Shown in pieces: positions 26,817 through 40,865 of a stretch of DNA of 64,000 bases. The notes under the pieces are model-generated. The model was not told the DNA's origin, ran no database searches, and saw nothing but the letters and a program-made list of their open reading frames with translations. The position numbers and the translations under genes were made by a program. Positions within the stretch are counted from its first letter, which is position 1. Each line of letters opens with the position of its first letter. This DNA is from Octopus vulgaris (Eukaryota). The stretch lies in NCBI GenBank assembly GCA_951406725.2, contig OX597825.1, positions 45,322,001 through 45,386,000 on the forward strand, written 5' to 3'.

Positions 26817-27680
26817 TCACAACTCTGCCCCTGGGAGCTTCTCTACATTGATGACCTTGTTCTTATAGCTGAATCACTATCTGACCTAGAGAAGAAATTT
26901 CAGGTGTGGAAATATGGCATGAAATCTAATGGCTTTAGAGTTAATTTAACTCCTAGTGAGTATGAAAACAGACAATTCACAAGTCCCTTCAGGTTGATGG
27001 CCCTGCTCAATATGTAAGAAGGGTGTTGGTAGAAACTCCATAAGTTGTACTCAGTGCTAGTTTTGGACATATAAAAAATGTAGTGGTATCACAGGAAGGT
27101 TAATGAAGAAAATAGTCTTTGTGTGTGGCAAATGTGTGGATACAATAAGCACTAAAAATGCACAGACAATAGACTCCCTTAAATGCTTAGAAGTAGTAGA
27201 TAGCTTCTATTACCTAGGTGACCAAGTTAGCAGTGTAGTTACTAGAATAAGAATGGGCTGGGTAAAGTTCAGAGAGCTACTACCTTTGTTGGTAACTAAG
27301 GGCCTCACCCTCAGAGTGAAAGCCAGATTGTATGATGTCTACATATGTACAGCTATAATACATGGTAGTGAAGCATGGGCTTTGACTAGAAGAGGACTTG
27401 TGAAGGCTTGAAAGAAATGAAGTTAGTATGCTCCGCTGGATGGATAATGTCAATGTTTTCACATGACAGAGCATTGAACACAAGAGAGAAGACTGCACCA
27501 GTTTGGTCATGTGCTGCGTATGGATGAGGACAGCTGCATAAAGAAGTGCCAAGCTCTAATTGTGGAAAGGGTAGATCCAGAAAGATGTGGGATAAAGTGG
27601 TGAGAAAGAATCTTTGGATGCTGGGTCTCACTGAGGAAATGACAAGGGACTAGGAGTTGTGGCGATTTGTTGTACATTAT
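26817..27680 (+). mobile_element. RTE family A 3' fragment
   Basis: CPWELLYIDDLVL, LEVVDSFYYLGD, HGSEAW. Confidence 0.85.
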
Positions 27681-28050
27681 GGTGGACTGGCTACATCGTA
27701 CAGCAAGCTTATGCAGAACTCATGCAAACAAAGGCGGTCTAAACTGAGATACAAGGAAAAGTAACCTCAAATGGAGTGGCATTACTTTACATGAACTTGA
27801 AGCCTATGCCACAGTCAGGTCAGTGTTGAGGTTTCTCATCTCACGAGCAGTAGCTGCCTTCAAAGATGCCCAGTGACAACATCTCACTGCTGCAAGAAAC
27901 AGATATTACAGGGCAGTGTCCACCTCAATCCAGTCAAAAGACTATCACTGTGATATCTGTGGACACCTATGTGCTTCTAGCTTTGGATTGTTCTCATCAC
28001 TGAGAACACAGTATTTGACATCATTTGTCACTGTAGCAGCACAAGCAGTC
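27680..28050 (+). mobile_element. RTE family B (BovB-like) extreme 3' coding end
   Basis: KLRYK motif and terminal zinc finger CDICGHLCASSFGLFSSLR. Confidence 0.55.
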
Positions 28051-28479
28051 AGCGCCATATTGGATGAGATCATGCAGCAGCCATTACCATCTCCGAGACT
28101 GGAGCGAGACCTCACCTGCATCCATTTGTTATGTGCAAGATCAAAATGAGGCTAGCGATGGTGAACTGGATATAAGGGCCCAACAAAAACAGATTCACTC
28201 TCTTTTCACCACAAGTGCTTGCTGAGCACACTGCACTGGCTGGGTCTCCAAGCTAGTCCTGTTTACATGTTGTATCTCCAGAGGCAATAGGCCCACGTTA
28301 ACAGAGATACAACAAAACACACACAGCTTGAGATGGTATGCTGAGAGCAACACACTTTACCTATTCTGTGAAACTTGTAAATAAACTGGTTATGAATTGC
28401 ATTTGTATTTAAAGACTTCTTTCCTTGTCTGCTGGAGCCTGAACTACACAAAGAACAATATTTGATGGGAAAAGGCAAT

Positions 28480-29694
28480 ATTCAACCGATATCGTAAACC
28501 TTGTCTCCCATTATAAAATGGTGACCCCGACATGATTCAAACACGCAGCTTGATGTTCGCACAGTCATTTTCCAAAAATCGGTGACCCAGTGCCAGCTTC
28601 ATGACCAACTGTTCTTTCTAATTTCACCTCTTCGCTACAGATATGTCTACCTTTTATCGTCTATTTTGTCTTCCACAAAAATACTGGTGGGGAGCTATCT
28701 GTAGCGTACAACTTGAGGGAAATTCCTCTTTCTCTGTTATATATACATAAATATGGACGTAGTAGATAACAACTAGTCTTCGGCCACCCTTTTGGACCCT
28801 GTTGTGTCCACTACTCTGATTGGTTGGTATTGGGGCAATTTGTCTCTTGCTCTATTGCGTGCCAAGATGCAACCCAACCAATCACAGCCTTCTGACAAGG
28901 TCACATGAGACAGTCTCTTCTAAACCTCAGTTTGTGCTGACTGCACCATATAAAATGCTAGCTCCACACCGTCTCGATGTCTTTCGGTTCCAGACCTTTT
29001 AAGGTCTAGCCACTGACTACACAGAGAACACAGCCAGTTCCAGTGATGACACAACAGCAGCCACATGGAAACTTATCAACACTCTTCCAACAGCATACAG
29101 CAATCTCTTTCTTCATCGCCTCCATCTTCTTAACGTAATCAACATCATCTCTCTACATACACAGCAACCAGCAACACTCACACAGGTTTCTATCACAACA
29201 CTGTTTGTGAATTAATTCACCATGGTTAGCAGCAAATACAACCTGTGAGAACTTCCTGTATCAAGTGACTGGCAGCAGCATCGTATCCCCAACTTCTTGT
29301 ACAACAGTACCTCAACCGGCTCTGCTTCTTCGCCACAACTTCTTGATACAGAACTTCAACTATCGTGTACCTTGACTACAAACTGGTATTTATCATCCTT
29401 ATGTCTGAACATTCTTCTAACATCATATTATAGACTCTTTCAATGTTCTGTACTTAATGCACACACATACACTTAGTATACATGATGGACTGTCTATTAT
29501 TATGTATATATGACGCACACACAGACACACATGTTAACCTATCAATAAAATCTTCTCTTAAACATTCTACTCAGTTGTGTCTCTCTTTTCCTTCTGGAAC
29601 ATATACTCATTTATCCTTTTCATATTTATTGTATCGACCGTGTGATGTGCAAAGGAGCCATTCTCGTCACCTCTCCTTCACCCAGTCATTTACA
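28480..29694 (+). mobile_element. Internally deleted LTR element: LTR end - tRNA-Trp PBS - ~150 bp - PPT - ~995 bp LTR
   Basis: PBS TGGTGACCCCGAC at 28519; PPT TGGTGGGGAG before TGTAGCG at 28700; AATAAA ~29545; end ..CATTTACA at 29694 followed by AAATGG, mirroring CATTATAAAATGG at ~28509. Confidence 0.65.
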
Positions 29695-29717
29695 AAATGG
29701 ACTACTAACATATAAGT

Positions 29718-29880
29718 GGAGGTAGAAGTATGGCTTTGTTTTTAAGAAATCTACTTCTCAGCTATATAATTTCAGGTACAATACTTCTGAATGACACCTT
29801 AGAAAAGTGTCTTCTATCATTGATTTAAGTTGACCAAACCTTTACAAGTGAAATTTTTGAGATAAAAACTGTGGAAACCC
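29718..29880 (+). mobile_element. Old SINE copy (same family as 6745-7086)
   Basis: GACACCTTAGAAAAGTGTCTTCTA..GACCAAACCTTT..GTGAAATTT. Confidence 0.55.
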
Positions 29881-30329
29881 ACTGGATGAATTGTTTCTCT
29901 TTTTGGAAGCTAAATTTAATTTTTGCTTAGGTTAACACTACTGCCTTTGGGAGCTTTTGATTGATACCATTCTGCTGCAAGTATTTTGTCCAGATCCCTG
30001 GTCTTTGGAAAATTTCCATCCTTCCTGCCACTAGTCTAAGAAGATCAATGCTGATTTCTTTCTATGATAAAGATAAATGCATACAAGCACATACATATGC
30101 ATACAAAACACCTCCTCTCCACCCATGCACCCCACACACACACACACATACATACATAAAAAGACTATGTACGTTTAAATACAATTGTAGAATTAAAAAC
30201 AAGCTGATAGGAAAAATTACCCAAGCTGTGAAAACTTTAAATTTAATTCTGACAAAATTTTGTTGAAACTTTTGAAGAAGATCTTTGTCTATTCTGAAAA
30301 ACAAATACAAATATCAGTGAATAGACAAA

Positions 30330-32710
30330 ATCATCATGGCTAAATGTATAGGTCTCCTTCAACCACATCAGGATTACAATCACTGTGTGCAATACAGCTA
30401 CAATATTAACAAAGATTTATTTGAAGCATATATACAATCTGACCCCAGTGAAGTTTAAAAAATTTGTGGAACTCCTAACATACAGAATTAGATGTTTTCC
30501 CCAAAACATTTAAATGGACAAGCAAAATGTACCATTACATGTAAACTGGTATATCTAATGGAAATGTCTGATTCAAAGCAGGCTGACACTACAAAGCCAG
30601 CCATTGAAGATAATTATCCCACTTCCACTAATGGACAGACAGAATGATCAGCTAAGTCTAACAGTAAACAACGCAATGGCAATTTAGCTGAAACCAATAC
30701 TGATACAATACTAACAGAACACCAAAAACTTGTGGATAACTTACAAGTAATCTGGAATGTGATGTTTCAACAGGCTCACAATCTTAAATTGAATGACAGA
30801 TCATACAACACCAGTATAAGAAAAGAACCCAGTAAATTAAAATTAAAGGCAGTAAACAAAATAGCAAATAAATATCTAAAGACCACAGAGTCCAGAGGTA
30901 TGAAAACAACCTATGAAACCATTAACCTTTTGACATATGTCTCAACTATTACATTACTTGTATCTCACAAAAAGCTGAAGCCATACAATCAAAATTTATG
31001 CAGAAAGCCTGAAACAGCATGGGCACATAGCTTAAGAAATAAAATTTTAGTCCAGTGAAAAAGTATCTCACAGATCACTGTAGTTATATACTGTAACACA
31101 GGGAACAACTTCACGCATGATCAAGAAGATTTCAGGAAAAAACTAGAGAAATAATTTGGTGACAGGATTTAAAAACCTGAAACAGCAACTCACACCTAGA
31201 GCTGAAAAAAACTAAAATATAAATCTACAACATATGAATGGCAAATGCTCGATAAATCATTTTCCAGGGATCTCAAAGACAGCCTTATTGCAGCTTCAAT
31301 GCAAAAGACTCAATCTCTGTAAAAGACCTCACACACACACACACAAAATTAGGTTGAGGACTACAAGAGATCTGTATAGGAAATAAATGAGGAATTCAAC
31401 AAACAAGCTGTGTGGCTAAAAGAACTGGAGCAGGACTACTGCAAGCATGTCCAGCAACAACAAAGTGAAATGGATGGGGAAATACTGCAAACAGTTCCAC
31501 AAAAAATGTCAAACAGGAAAGCCCTAAGCCCAGACCTCATAAGTTACTGGCTGAAGAATTTCATCTGTTATAACGAGATCTTATACAGTTGTATGGAGAA
31601 AGTACTGAGCACACACAAGAACTGTCCCAATGGTTACCAACTGCAACTCATCTTCTCATCTCCACAAATAGCCAAACTATCCTTACTAAAAATTACCACC
31701 TACCAGAACATCAGGTACAAATGGTACAGTGTATGCTTCAATCTATTCTTGCAGAATCATTGTACCACCAACAACATTATAACATATGAGCAAGCTGAAA
31801 GAAAATGCAGATGTGGGGATGTATAGAGCTACTAATAAATAAAATGATCCAGGAAGGAAGAGAAAAATATCACAGGAACTTAACTGTAGTGTGGTTGACT
31901 ACCAGAAGGCTTTTGACAGTATATCACAAGGGCTTTACAATTATTCAAAGTTCCATAGCTACTAATAACTGCTATTGAATACCTGACCAAGACTTGGTAT
32001 ACCACTTTGCTCCTTAGGAGTGATAAGGAATAAATTGAGTCAGATAGCATTCACTATTAAAAAGACATCTTTCAGAGTGATAGCCTGTCAGTACTGTGCT
32101 TTGTCCTCTCATTAAAGCCACTTTTATACCAGCTCACCAAGTGCAGTAGCGCCAGAAATGTCTTCCATCATTTCTTTGTCAATGACCTGAAACTGTATGG
32201 GCCAAATATCAACCACATATAGAAAACAATTGGACCTCAGTACCTAATTTTCTACAGACATTGGAATGAAATTTGATTAGTTCAAATGTGCATTTTTGAC
32301 AATAAAATGTGAAACGGTTGTGCCAAGAAATGAACAGCTTGACAATACAACCTCTACAGTCAGGTGACGATTATAGGTACCTTGGACAGGATGTGAATGT
32401 CAGATATGATGAACTCCATAAATAAAGAGAGGGGTCCAAGAATAAATATATCCAGAGAGTAAAGAGAATATGGCCATTAGAACTCTCAGCTTGCTCACAA
32501 CACTTTTGCAGTGACAGTCCTCATACCTATTGTTGGTCTTCTGCATTAGTCATTACAATAACTCAATGAAGTAGATGTTCAAATTTGCATGCTGTTCATT
32601 GTTACAGGAAACTTCACCATCAACCGAAATGCACAAGGATAGTGGTCATGGTCTCAAATCTGTATTAATGTTATATGAAGCACATATTTTGACACTGAAA
32701 CATCTGCATC
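30330..32710 (+). mobile_element. R4/Dong-like LINE, long decayed copy
   Basis: KALSPDLISYWLK, DYQKAFDS, IFQSDSLS, FFVNDLKLYG; homologous to 1750-2765 reverse. Confidence 0.8.
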
Positions 32711-32719
32711 AGTAACTAT

Positions 32720-34765
32720 CTTGCCCCAATATCTCATTACCATCTTTCTGAAAAGGCTGTGCAAGCCTTTTGATTGCAGTAAAATTACTACAGCCTCATG
32801 GTTCAAAACATAAGTGCAAAGACAGAAAATGGTGGGCCATAGATTGCATGCAGTAAGTGATACAGAGATATTGAATTTGCTAGTAGATGTTTGAATTTCA
32901 CAGGCTTTTTTACAACATCACATCATTTACTGCCTGCAACTCTCACTGGACCTTAACTTTGCACTCTTTGAAATTTTTCTCTAGTCTCCAAGACAGCAAT
33001 TTGTGAAGTACCACTTCCTTTTCTTCCAACAACTTTGTTTTCTTTGGACTAGTCCTGGTGTTTTCTTTCAATAAATCCAAACGTAGAAGTAGCTTCATAG
33101 AGCTGTTTATTAAAACTTATGTGTGGATCACCATTGTTATTTAGATTGATCACTTGAAGTGCTTCATGGTACTGTCCAAGCTTTTCAGGGCAGTTTAATT
33201 TAGAAACAACAATTTGTTTAGGTGCCTTTTTACTGTCACATCCCAGCTTCTTACAGATAGTGATTGCCAAGCAAGCACACAAAAGTCTATGGTTCATCTA
33301 ACATTGAATCCAACTCCACATGTACTAGAAAGATTTTATATCTCATAGGTCTTTTCTACAGACAATTACATAATTGAGAAAGTGCTAGTAACCTGAACAT
33401 GGAAACGTCCAAGCAGCCCTATATTCCTCCGTCTGCCTGAACCAGGTATTTGTTATCCCTAGCTCTAACTCCTAGCACAGCTGTAACAGGAGTATCCCAT
33501 TTGCTGCTTTTCACTTCCCCGTTCCGTGACTTCCTATGCTACTCCAAAGTTCATAATCATGTCCCACACAGGCATTTAGATCCCTCAGAAGTACAAGTTT
33601 GTCATTCTTATCAACATTTCTCAGAATTGTTCTCAGATCATCATAAAAGCTGTTTATGTCATCCTGGGAACTAAAAAGAGTTGACACATAAACACTAATC
33701 ATTGTCATAAATTATTTTGAGTTGAGTTTCAACTGCAGTGTCATTATATGTGCAGAGAACCTTGAGGAAGTTCAGTCAAATCCTACACTAAGTGCATTTT
33801 AACATCAAAATAGACACCAACTTTTTGATGTAGATTGTCTGACCTTCCCTTTGTAAAATAATATGTAGCTTGACTCTGGCTCTTCTAACTGGCTATCATT
33901 CTGAGAGTGCAACTACATTGAGAGTTATATCAAGAAAATTCCCTATATATAAAAGTAGTAGAGTGCTCAGGATGACTGAGCACTTATTTTTCCAGCATGC
34001 AACCTTAAGATTTGATATTTTCAAGGATGTCATTTGTCCATGATTTGATACAAAGGTTTGTTGATCATTTGTATTTTTCCCACATGATTGAACAACTGCT
34101 AGTTTGGTAGTGGCAAGCTTTGTTTAGAGACCAACTTTTCTAGGTCTGTCCTGCCAGCAGGTGAGAAGTGCTATCTCTGAAAAGGGTTGCTTAGTCACTC
34201 AGGGTGCTGTTAAATCTCTCTATCACCACTTTTGAAGATGAAGTGACCAATATCCCAATTTACCTACAAGCAGGTTAGCAATTACATACCCCCAGCTTGT
34301 TATACTTGTATGCTTCACTAAACTCCCATTACTGCAGAGCATTTTGTACATCCATGTGTTGTTCCAAGAATCCAAGAAGTTCCTGTGTGTGTATTTATTT
34401 TAAGTGAATAAAGTGTTGCACAGCACTGAACCCACTTTCAGCACAACCAACTATAACACCAGTGGCACAAAAGCAGTTGAGCTGACTAGAAAACCAACTG
34501 CACTTCAGGTTTTTTATATGAGTTTCCCTTCTCCTAAAAGGTAGTTCTAATAAGAATTAGGTATCCTTCACTTCTAGTGGTCAGGAGAGTTCATCCATTT
34601 TGTGACAAGTTTTGTTTTATATCCTACAGGATGTCCAACAAAAATTGCTTTTTTTTACCAAGTAGGCTTAGTAGGGTTGCCAATTTAATCACCAACCATG
34701 CACTAACTGTGCAATAAGTTGTACTAGCTTACATGTTACCTGTAGTACTAAGAGTGACCTGACAT
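32720..34765 (-). mobile_element. RTE family B 5' part (5'UTR + APE endonuclease)
   Basis: Minus ORFs MTMISVYVSTL..FYDDL..LLRDLNACVG, KLNCPEKL, RKHQD. Confidence 0.7.
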
Positions 34766-34775
34766 ACATGCATAC

Positions 34776-34806
<31 letters not shown>

Positions 34807-34874
34807 TGTATGTATGTATGTATGTATGTATGTATGTATGTACGTACATACATACATATGTACATATATATGTA

Positions 34875-37048
34875 TGATGCCAAGGGTATGCATGAGATGT
34901 AAAAGTGTCTTTACCTATTTACAACATTCTCAAAGAAAACAGGGTTGGAGTTTGGTCAGGATAAATGTTGCAATATGGTTGTGAAAAGAGGGAAAACTGT
35001 AAACTAGACTAGCAACATTTCCATCAATTACATAATTGTTTCTCCTATATCTGATGAGGAATGTTATAAGTATCTAGGGGTAGATGAAAATATATACAAT
35101 GGTACCTGTAACAAGACACATGTCACGAAAAAATATTACAACTGGATAAGGAAAAAATGGTCCTTGGAACTCTTTGCATTCAATACAACAGTGGCTCACA
35201 ATGTGTTTGCAGTACCAGTACTCATACCAACATTTGGGCTACTTGAATGGATGCTTGATGAGGTCTGAGCTATTGATGTGAAAACCTGGAAGATACTGAC
35301 CAACACAAATAATTTTCACATCAACAGTGACACAGACTGCCTCTACCTACAACAAAAACAAAGAGGCAGAAGCTTGACATCAATCCAGAGAGTCTTTCTA
35401 TGTCATATCATATCCCTTAGGCAACATATTTCAACCACCAAGTCTCGAAGTGCAAACCTTGAACAAGTTTGCATAGATGAGACAGAAAACATCATGAGAC
35501 TTGGAAAGCAGCTCCTTGAACAACATTCCTTGTCTGATAACCTTGAATACATGCCCAAAGAAGTTTTTACCATAACACACCAATCAGATAAGTGTATGTC
35601 AGCAGAAAAAACATGCATATATATGTTAGCAGAAAGCTCCAGAATGATAATAACATTGACAATCAAAACAGTCTATCATGGGCCAACAACCAGATTACTC
35701 TTACTTTGAAAAGTTTGCACACATACACGCATACATGCAAAAATACCCTCTTGATGTTGAAATTTCTATGAAGAAGCCTTGAATCTAGGTTAGAAACCAG
35801 CTCTTACTCTGTTGACAAGAAATTTTGAAATAAAATTGAATAATGATTGATACATACATACATACATACATACATACATACATACATACATACAGACATA
35901 CAAACATACATACATACATACATACATACAACCAAATACCTGATGCACAAAAGGGATAGAGATGCAGGAAAAGCAGGAAAATGTGAGAACCGGTGTAGAT
36001 TTTGTGGAGTTAACACTGAAAATATCACCCACATCATAAGCAGTTGTCTGAAAACATCTAAACGTTATTATCTACAGATGAGACATGATGCTGTAACTAG
36101 GACACTCTATAATGAAATCCATCGGAAAGATAACTCCAAGAACAAAGAAATAGGAATCCACAATATGGTAAAACCCATAACCACTCATAATAAAAAGGAA
36201 TGCTTGTGGAATGTACCTGTTAAGACCTCAATGAAATGGAAGCACAACAGACCTAGACCTAATATAATGATTTAGGATAGAGAAGAGAAACTGTGCACAG
36301 TTGTGGAAATTAGCTGCCCAGCAGACGTTAACATAAAGCTGAAGATCAGTGAAAAGAGAACACCTATGCTGAACTATTGAGAAATCTGCAGTTACTCTAT
36401 CCAGATTACAAGTTCAGGTTTATACCTGCAATTATTGGGGCATTGGGATATTTAACACACTGCCTAAATACCAATCTTGTGAACTTAGGCTTCCCAAAAC
36501 CAGAAAGGAGAAAGCTAATTTGAAGACTACAGATCCACTCTATCACTGAAACTGTAAAAATCTGTAAAACTTTCCAAAAATTTATCATTTAAATATATAT
36601 ACGAGCATGTCTAGATATGCAACTATATGCATGAGCTATATACATAAAACAAAACATACAAATCTGCACATATACATGCATACATACATACATACATACG
36701 TAAAAATTTGTAAAACTTTCCAAAAATTTATCATTTAAATATATATGAGCATGTCTAGATATGCAACTATATGCATGAGCTATATACATAAAACAAAACA
36801 TACAAATCTGCACATACACATGCATACATACATACATACATACATACATACGTACGTACGTACGTACGTACGTACATACATACATACATACATACATACA
36901 TACATACATACATACATACATACATACATACATACATACCCTGTTGTTGATGTTGGAATTCTAATGAAAGAGCCTTGGGTCTAGGTTAGAAACTGTCTCT
37001 TTCTCAATTGGCAAGAAATCTTGAAATAAACTGAATACATTCATGCAT

Positions 37049-37050
<2 letters not shown>
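34875..37050 (+). mobile_element. R4/Dong-like LINE 3' half with internal and duplicated 3'-end pieces
   Basis: YKYLGVDE, NFHINSDTDCLYL, CRFCGVNTENITHIISSC, RHDAVTR, HNRP..VEISCPAD; flanked and interrupted by (TACA)n. Confidence 0.85.
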
Positions 37051-37119
<69 letters not shown>

Positions 37120-37239
37120 ACTGCTAGCTCTGGCAGAGACAAAATTGATCCCCAAATGCTGAACCACCCACATGGCAAAAAACTACCAGCTAACTGCATG
37201 CCAGAACTTAATATATAAAATATATACAGCATGTATATA

Positions 37240-39015
37240 CCTCTTCTTCCAAGACCATTGTGAAACTAATAACATCATCACAGCAGAACAAGCACCTGAG
37301 AAGAATGAAGTCTGGGGATGTAGGTTTACAGTTTGGTCAGGATAAATGTTGTTATACAGCTATGAAAAGGAGGAAAACTATAAACCAGACAGGTAGCATC
37401 TCCATCAATGATTTGACTGTTTCCCCTGTAACTGACGAGGAATGTTACAAGTATCTAGGAGTGGATGAAAATATATCTTACAGTGGCACCTGTAACAAAA
37501 CACATGTCACTATAGAATATTACAGTCAAATACAGAAAATTTGGACCTCAGAACTCTCTGCATTCAATAAAACAGTAGCCCACAATGCGTTTGCAGTGAC
37601 AGTACTCATACCAACATTTGGGCTGCTTGATTGGACACTTGATGAGAACCTAGCCATTGATGTGAAAACCTAAAAAATACTAACAAACACACATAATTTC
37701 CACATAAACAGTGATGTTGACTGCCTCTACCTAAACTGTAAACAAGGCGGCAAAAGCTTAACATTCATCCAAAATGCCTTTGAATGTCGCATCATATCCT
37801 TTTGGCAACATCTTTTAACCACCAAGCATCAAAATGCATCCCTTGACCAAGTTTGCATACATGAAGCTGATAACATCATAAGACTTGGAAGGCAGCTCCT
37901 TGAGCAACACTCTTTGTCTGATAACTTAGGATACATGCCCAAAGAAGTCACACAACTCTACCACAACATATCATCAGATGAAAGGATGAGTCTATATGAG
38001 CAGAATACTATGTATGGATATGTTAGCAGAATGCTCTATGATGATGATGATGATCATCATCATCATCGTTTAACGTCCGCTTTCCATGCTAGCATAGGCT
38101 GGACAATTTGACTGAGGTCTGGCGAACAAGACTCCAATCTGATCTAGCAGAGTTTCTACAGCTGGATGCCCTTCCTAATGCCAACCACTCCAAGCGTGTA
38201 GTGGGTGCTTTTACGTGCCACATGGATAAATAGCTGGATTATTACCTCCCACTTTGAAGGGTATGCATTTGCAATCCAGGTACAGGAAATATCAACTAAG
38301 TACCTGATGCACAAAAGGGATAGATATGTGGGAAAAGCAAGAAAATGTGACAACCAATGCAGACTTTGTGGAGTTAACACTGAAGATATCACCCACATCA
38401 TAAGTAGTTGTTCGAAAATGTGTCATCACAATATTATCTACCTATGAGACATAACATTGTAGCTTGGACACTCTATAATGAAATCCATTGGAAGGTTAAT
38501 TCCAAGGATAAAAAATAAAAACCCACAATATGGTAGAAATTATAGCCACTTATAGAGAAAAGGAATACTGGTGGAATATACCAGTGAAGACCTCAATAAA
38601 ATGTAAGCACAACAGACCTGATATAACGATTTGGGACAGAGAAGAGAAACTGTGCACAGTTGTGGAAATTAGCTGCCCAGCAGATGTTAACATAAAGCTG
38701 AAAGTGAAAAAGAGAACACCTATGCTGAACTACTGAGAAATCTACAGTTACTCTATCCAGATTACAAGTTCAGGTTTATACCTGTAATTATTGAAGCCCT
38801 GGGATATGTAACACACTGCCTAAATACCAACATTGAGAAATTAGGCTTCTCAAAACCAGAAAGGAGAAAGCTAATTCAAAGGCTACAGATCCAATCCATC
38901 ACTGGAACTGTAAAAATCTGAAAAACTTTCCAGAAGTTTATCATTTAAAATTATATAAGAGCACATCTAGATATGTCAAGATACATAAAACATACAAATC
39001 TGCACATACATACAT
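37240..39015 (+). mobile_element. R4/Dong-like LINE 3' half, tandem to previous copy
   Basis: DVGLQFGQDKC, WTSELSAFNK, CRLCGVNTEDITHIISSC, HNRPDITIWD..VEISCPAD. Confidence 0.85.
38040..38222 (-). mobile_element. RTE family A 3' tail inserted in R4 copy
   Basis: (CAT)n-CGTTTAACGTCCGCTTTCCATGCTAGCAT..GCTGGATGCCCTTCCTAATGCCAACCAC. Confidence 0.8.
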
Positions 39016-40245
39016 GGTGGTGGTTGTCTACTCCTTATGCAGAGTTTGACCACCTCTTGTACCTACACCTTAGCACCATCATGGCATCTCATGTGGGTTT
39101 TTAAAAGACACCCACATAGATTGCACATTCAAGAGCTGCAGATAAGTTATGATCCTTGTAGATCTTAAAATGTCTTTTGAGGCCTTTGTTAGATTTGCAA
39201 ACTTTCTGACATTCAAAGGTGTGCACAGACATATAGACAGAATAGTTGGTGGAGGTTCAGTTTCCATGGGTTTGCAAATGAGATTTGAGCCCAGCAAAAG
39301 ACAGGCATGGTCTATCACAAACTGTGCACACAAAAAGGTCATTGCGATTCATCTTCTCAATCATAACATTCTTCCTTAGAACTCTTTTGAGGCTTACATA
39401 CATTATCCTGGCTTCTTCAAATGCCTTCACTCCACTTCACACTTTTGTTCACCATCCAACTCAATCCAAAGCAAGGGTTTCTTTGTCTTCTGGATCCATT
39501 CCAAGTGACTTCGTAGTAGTCCTTATACCGTCCTTAAACCTTTTTTTAAGTTTACACTGATAGAGTTTCTCCTCACCAAGCTCACCATAAAACAGCTTAT
39601 TTCAGCATGCATTCATCCACCATTCGAACAATATGGCCCACACCATCTCATTTGGTTCCTCAAAATCATAGCTTTAATTGAGGTGATGCCTGCAGATGCA
39701 AGGACATCTGTGTTTGGAATAAAAGAACTCCATTTAATGTTTAAAATGCAATGAAGGCATTTTTGGTGGAATTGTTCTAATAATTTAAAATGTCTTTCAT
39801 AACAAGTCCATGTTTCACAAGAATACAACAGGGACGGTAAGACAAATGATTTGTAAAGAGCCAGCTTTGTATTCTTATTTAAATGTCACTGGCACCAAAT
39901 GCGTGACTCCAAACCACCAAATGCTTTTGCTGCCCTTTGAATTCGCAGATGTTTTTCTGTATAAAGATTTCCATCATTTTGTACAGAGCTTCCAAGGTAG
40001 ATGAACGAATCAACAACCTCGAGTAACTTACCCTTAACAAAACTTTTAGGTGCGTTACAAACAGCACCACACACAGGCTGATGCATTGCAACTGTTTGTT
40101 TGTTTTTTTTTCAAGTTGATGGTCAAGCCAAAATCATCACAAGCCAAGTCAAATGCAGATACAAGAGATTGCAGACCTGTTTCAGAATTACTGACAAGAT
40201 CACTATCGTCAGCATATATATGTCAGCAATTGTCAGCATATATAT
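39015..40245 (-). mobile_element. RTE family B 3' half (RT YADD to end)
   Basis: YADD, LEVVDSFIYLGS, YSCETWTCYERH..LEQFHQKCL, terminal zinc-finger remnant. Confidence 0.8.
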
Positions 40246-40477
40246 GCCAGGTTGCTCTTGAGTGCTACTGGTAACATGTAATCCAGTACAACCTGTCACA
40301 TGGTTGGGTTGTCGGCGACTAAACTGGCAACCCCACCAGGCTTTCTTGGTAAGGAGGGTGTTGTTGGACACCCTGTGGGATGAAAAATAAGACCTGTCAA
40401 AGAGTGGAGGAACTCCTGAACAGACAACAGCCATCCATGAAAATACCTGTAAATATGTATACAGTTTTTGATTTTTT

Positions 40478-40524
<47 letters not shown>

Positions 40525-40865
40525 AATTAATAAATAAATAAAACATATGCATATATACATACATATATGTACGTACCTACCTCTACATATATATATACAT
40601 GCATATATGGGTACAGGACACCAAAAAAACGTCGAACACAATGAGAAACAAAAACATAAACACAAAACCAAGGAAATGGACATTTTCTTATACAAATTGA
40701 GATAGGGGTTGTGAGTGCAACCCACCATGGGATAACATATATCCAATATACTGCCAGTAAAGCACCCAACAAAGTTAATACATAAATGTTAAGAATTGCG
40801 ATGCAATTAATTCATTTATTGTATTATATGGGCGAAGGTAAATTATTTTACCACAAATTCATAAT

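Noticed and set aside
28519-28549. tRNA-Trp gene on minus strand
   Set aside because: Only the 3' 31 nt are present and CCA is encoded; the position fits a PBS
34689-37232. ORFs of MYVC/HTYI/CV repeats (also 3538, 6238, 41540, 51535)
   Set aside because: Translations of microsatellites
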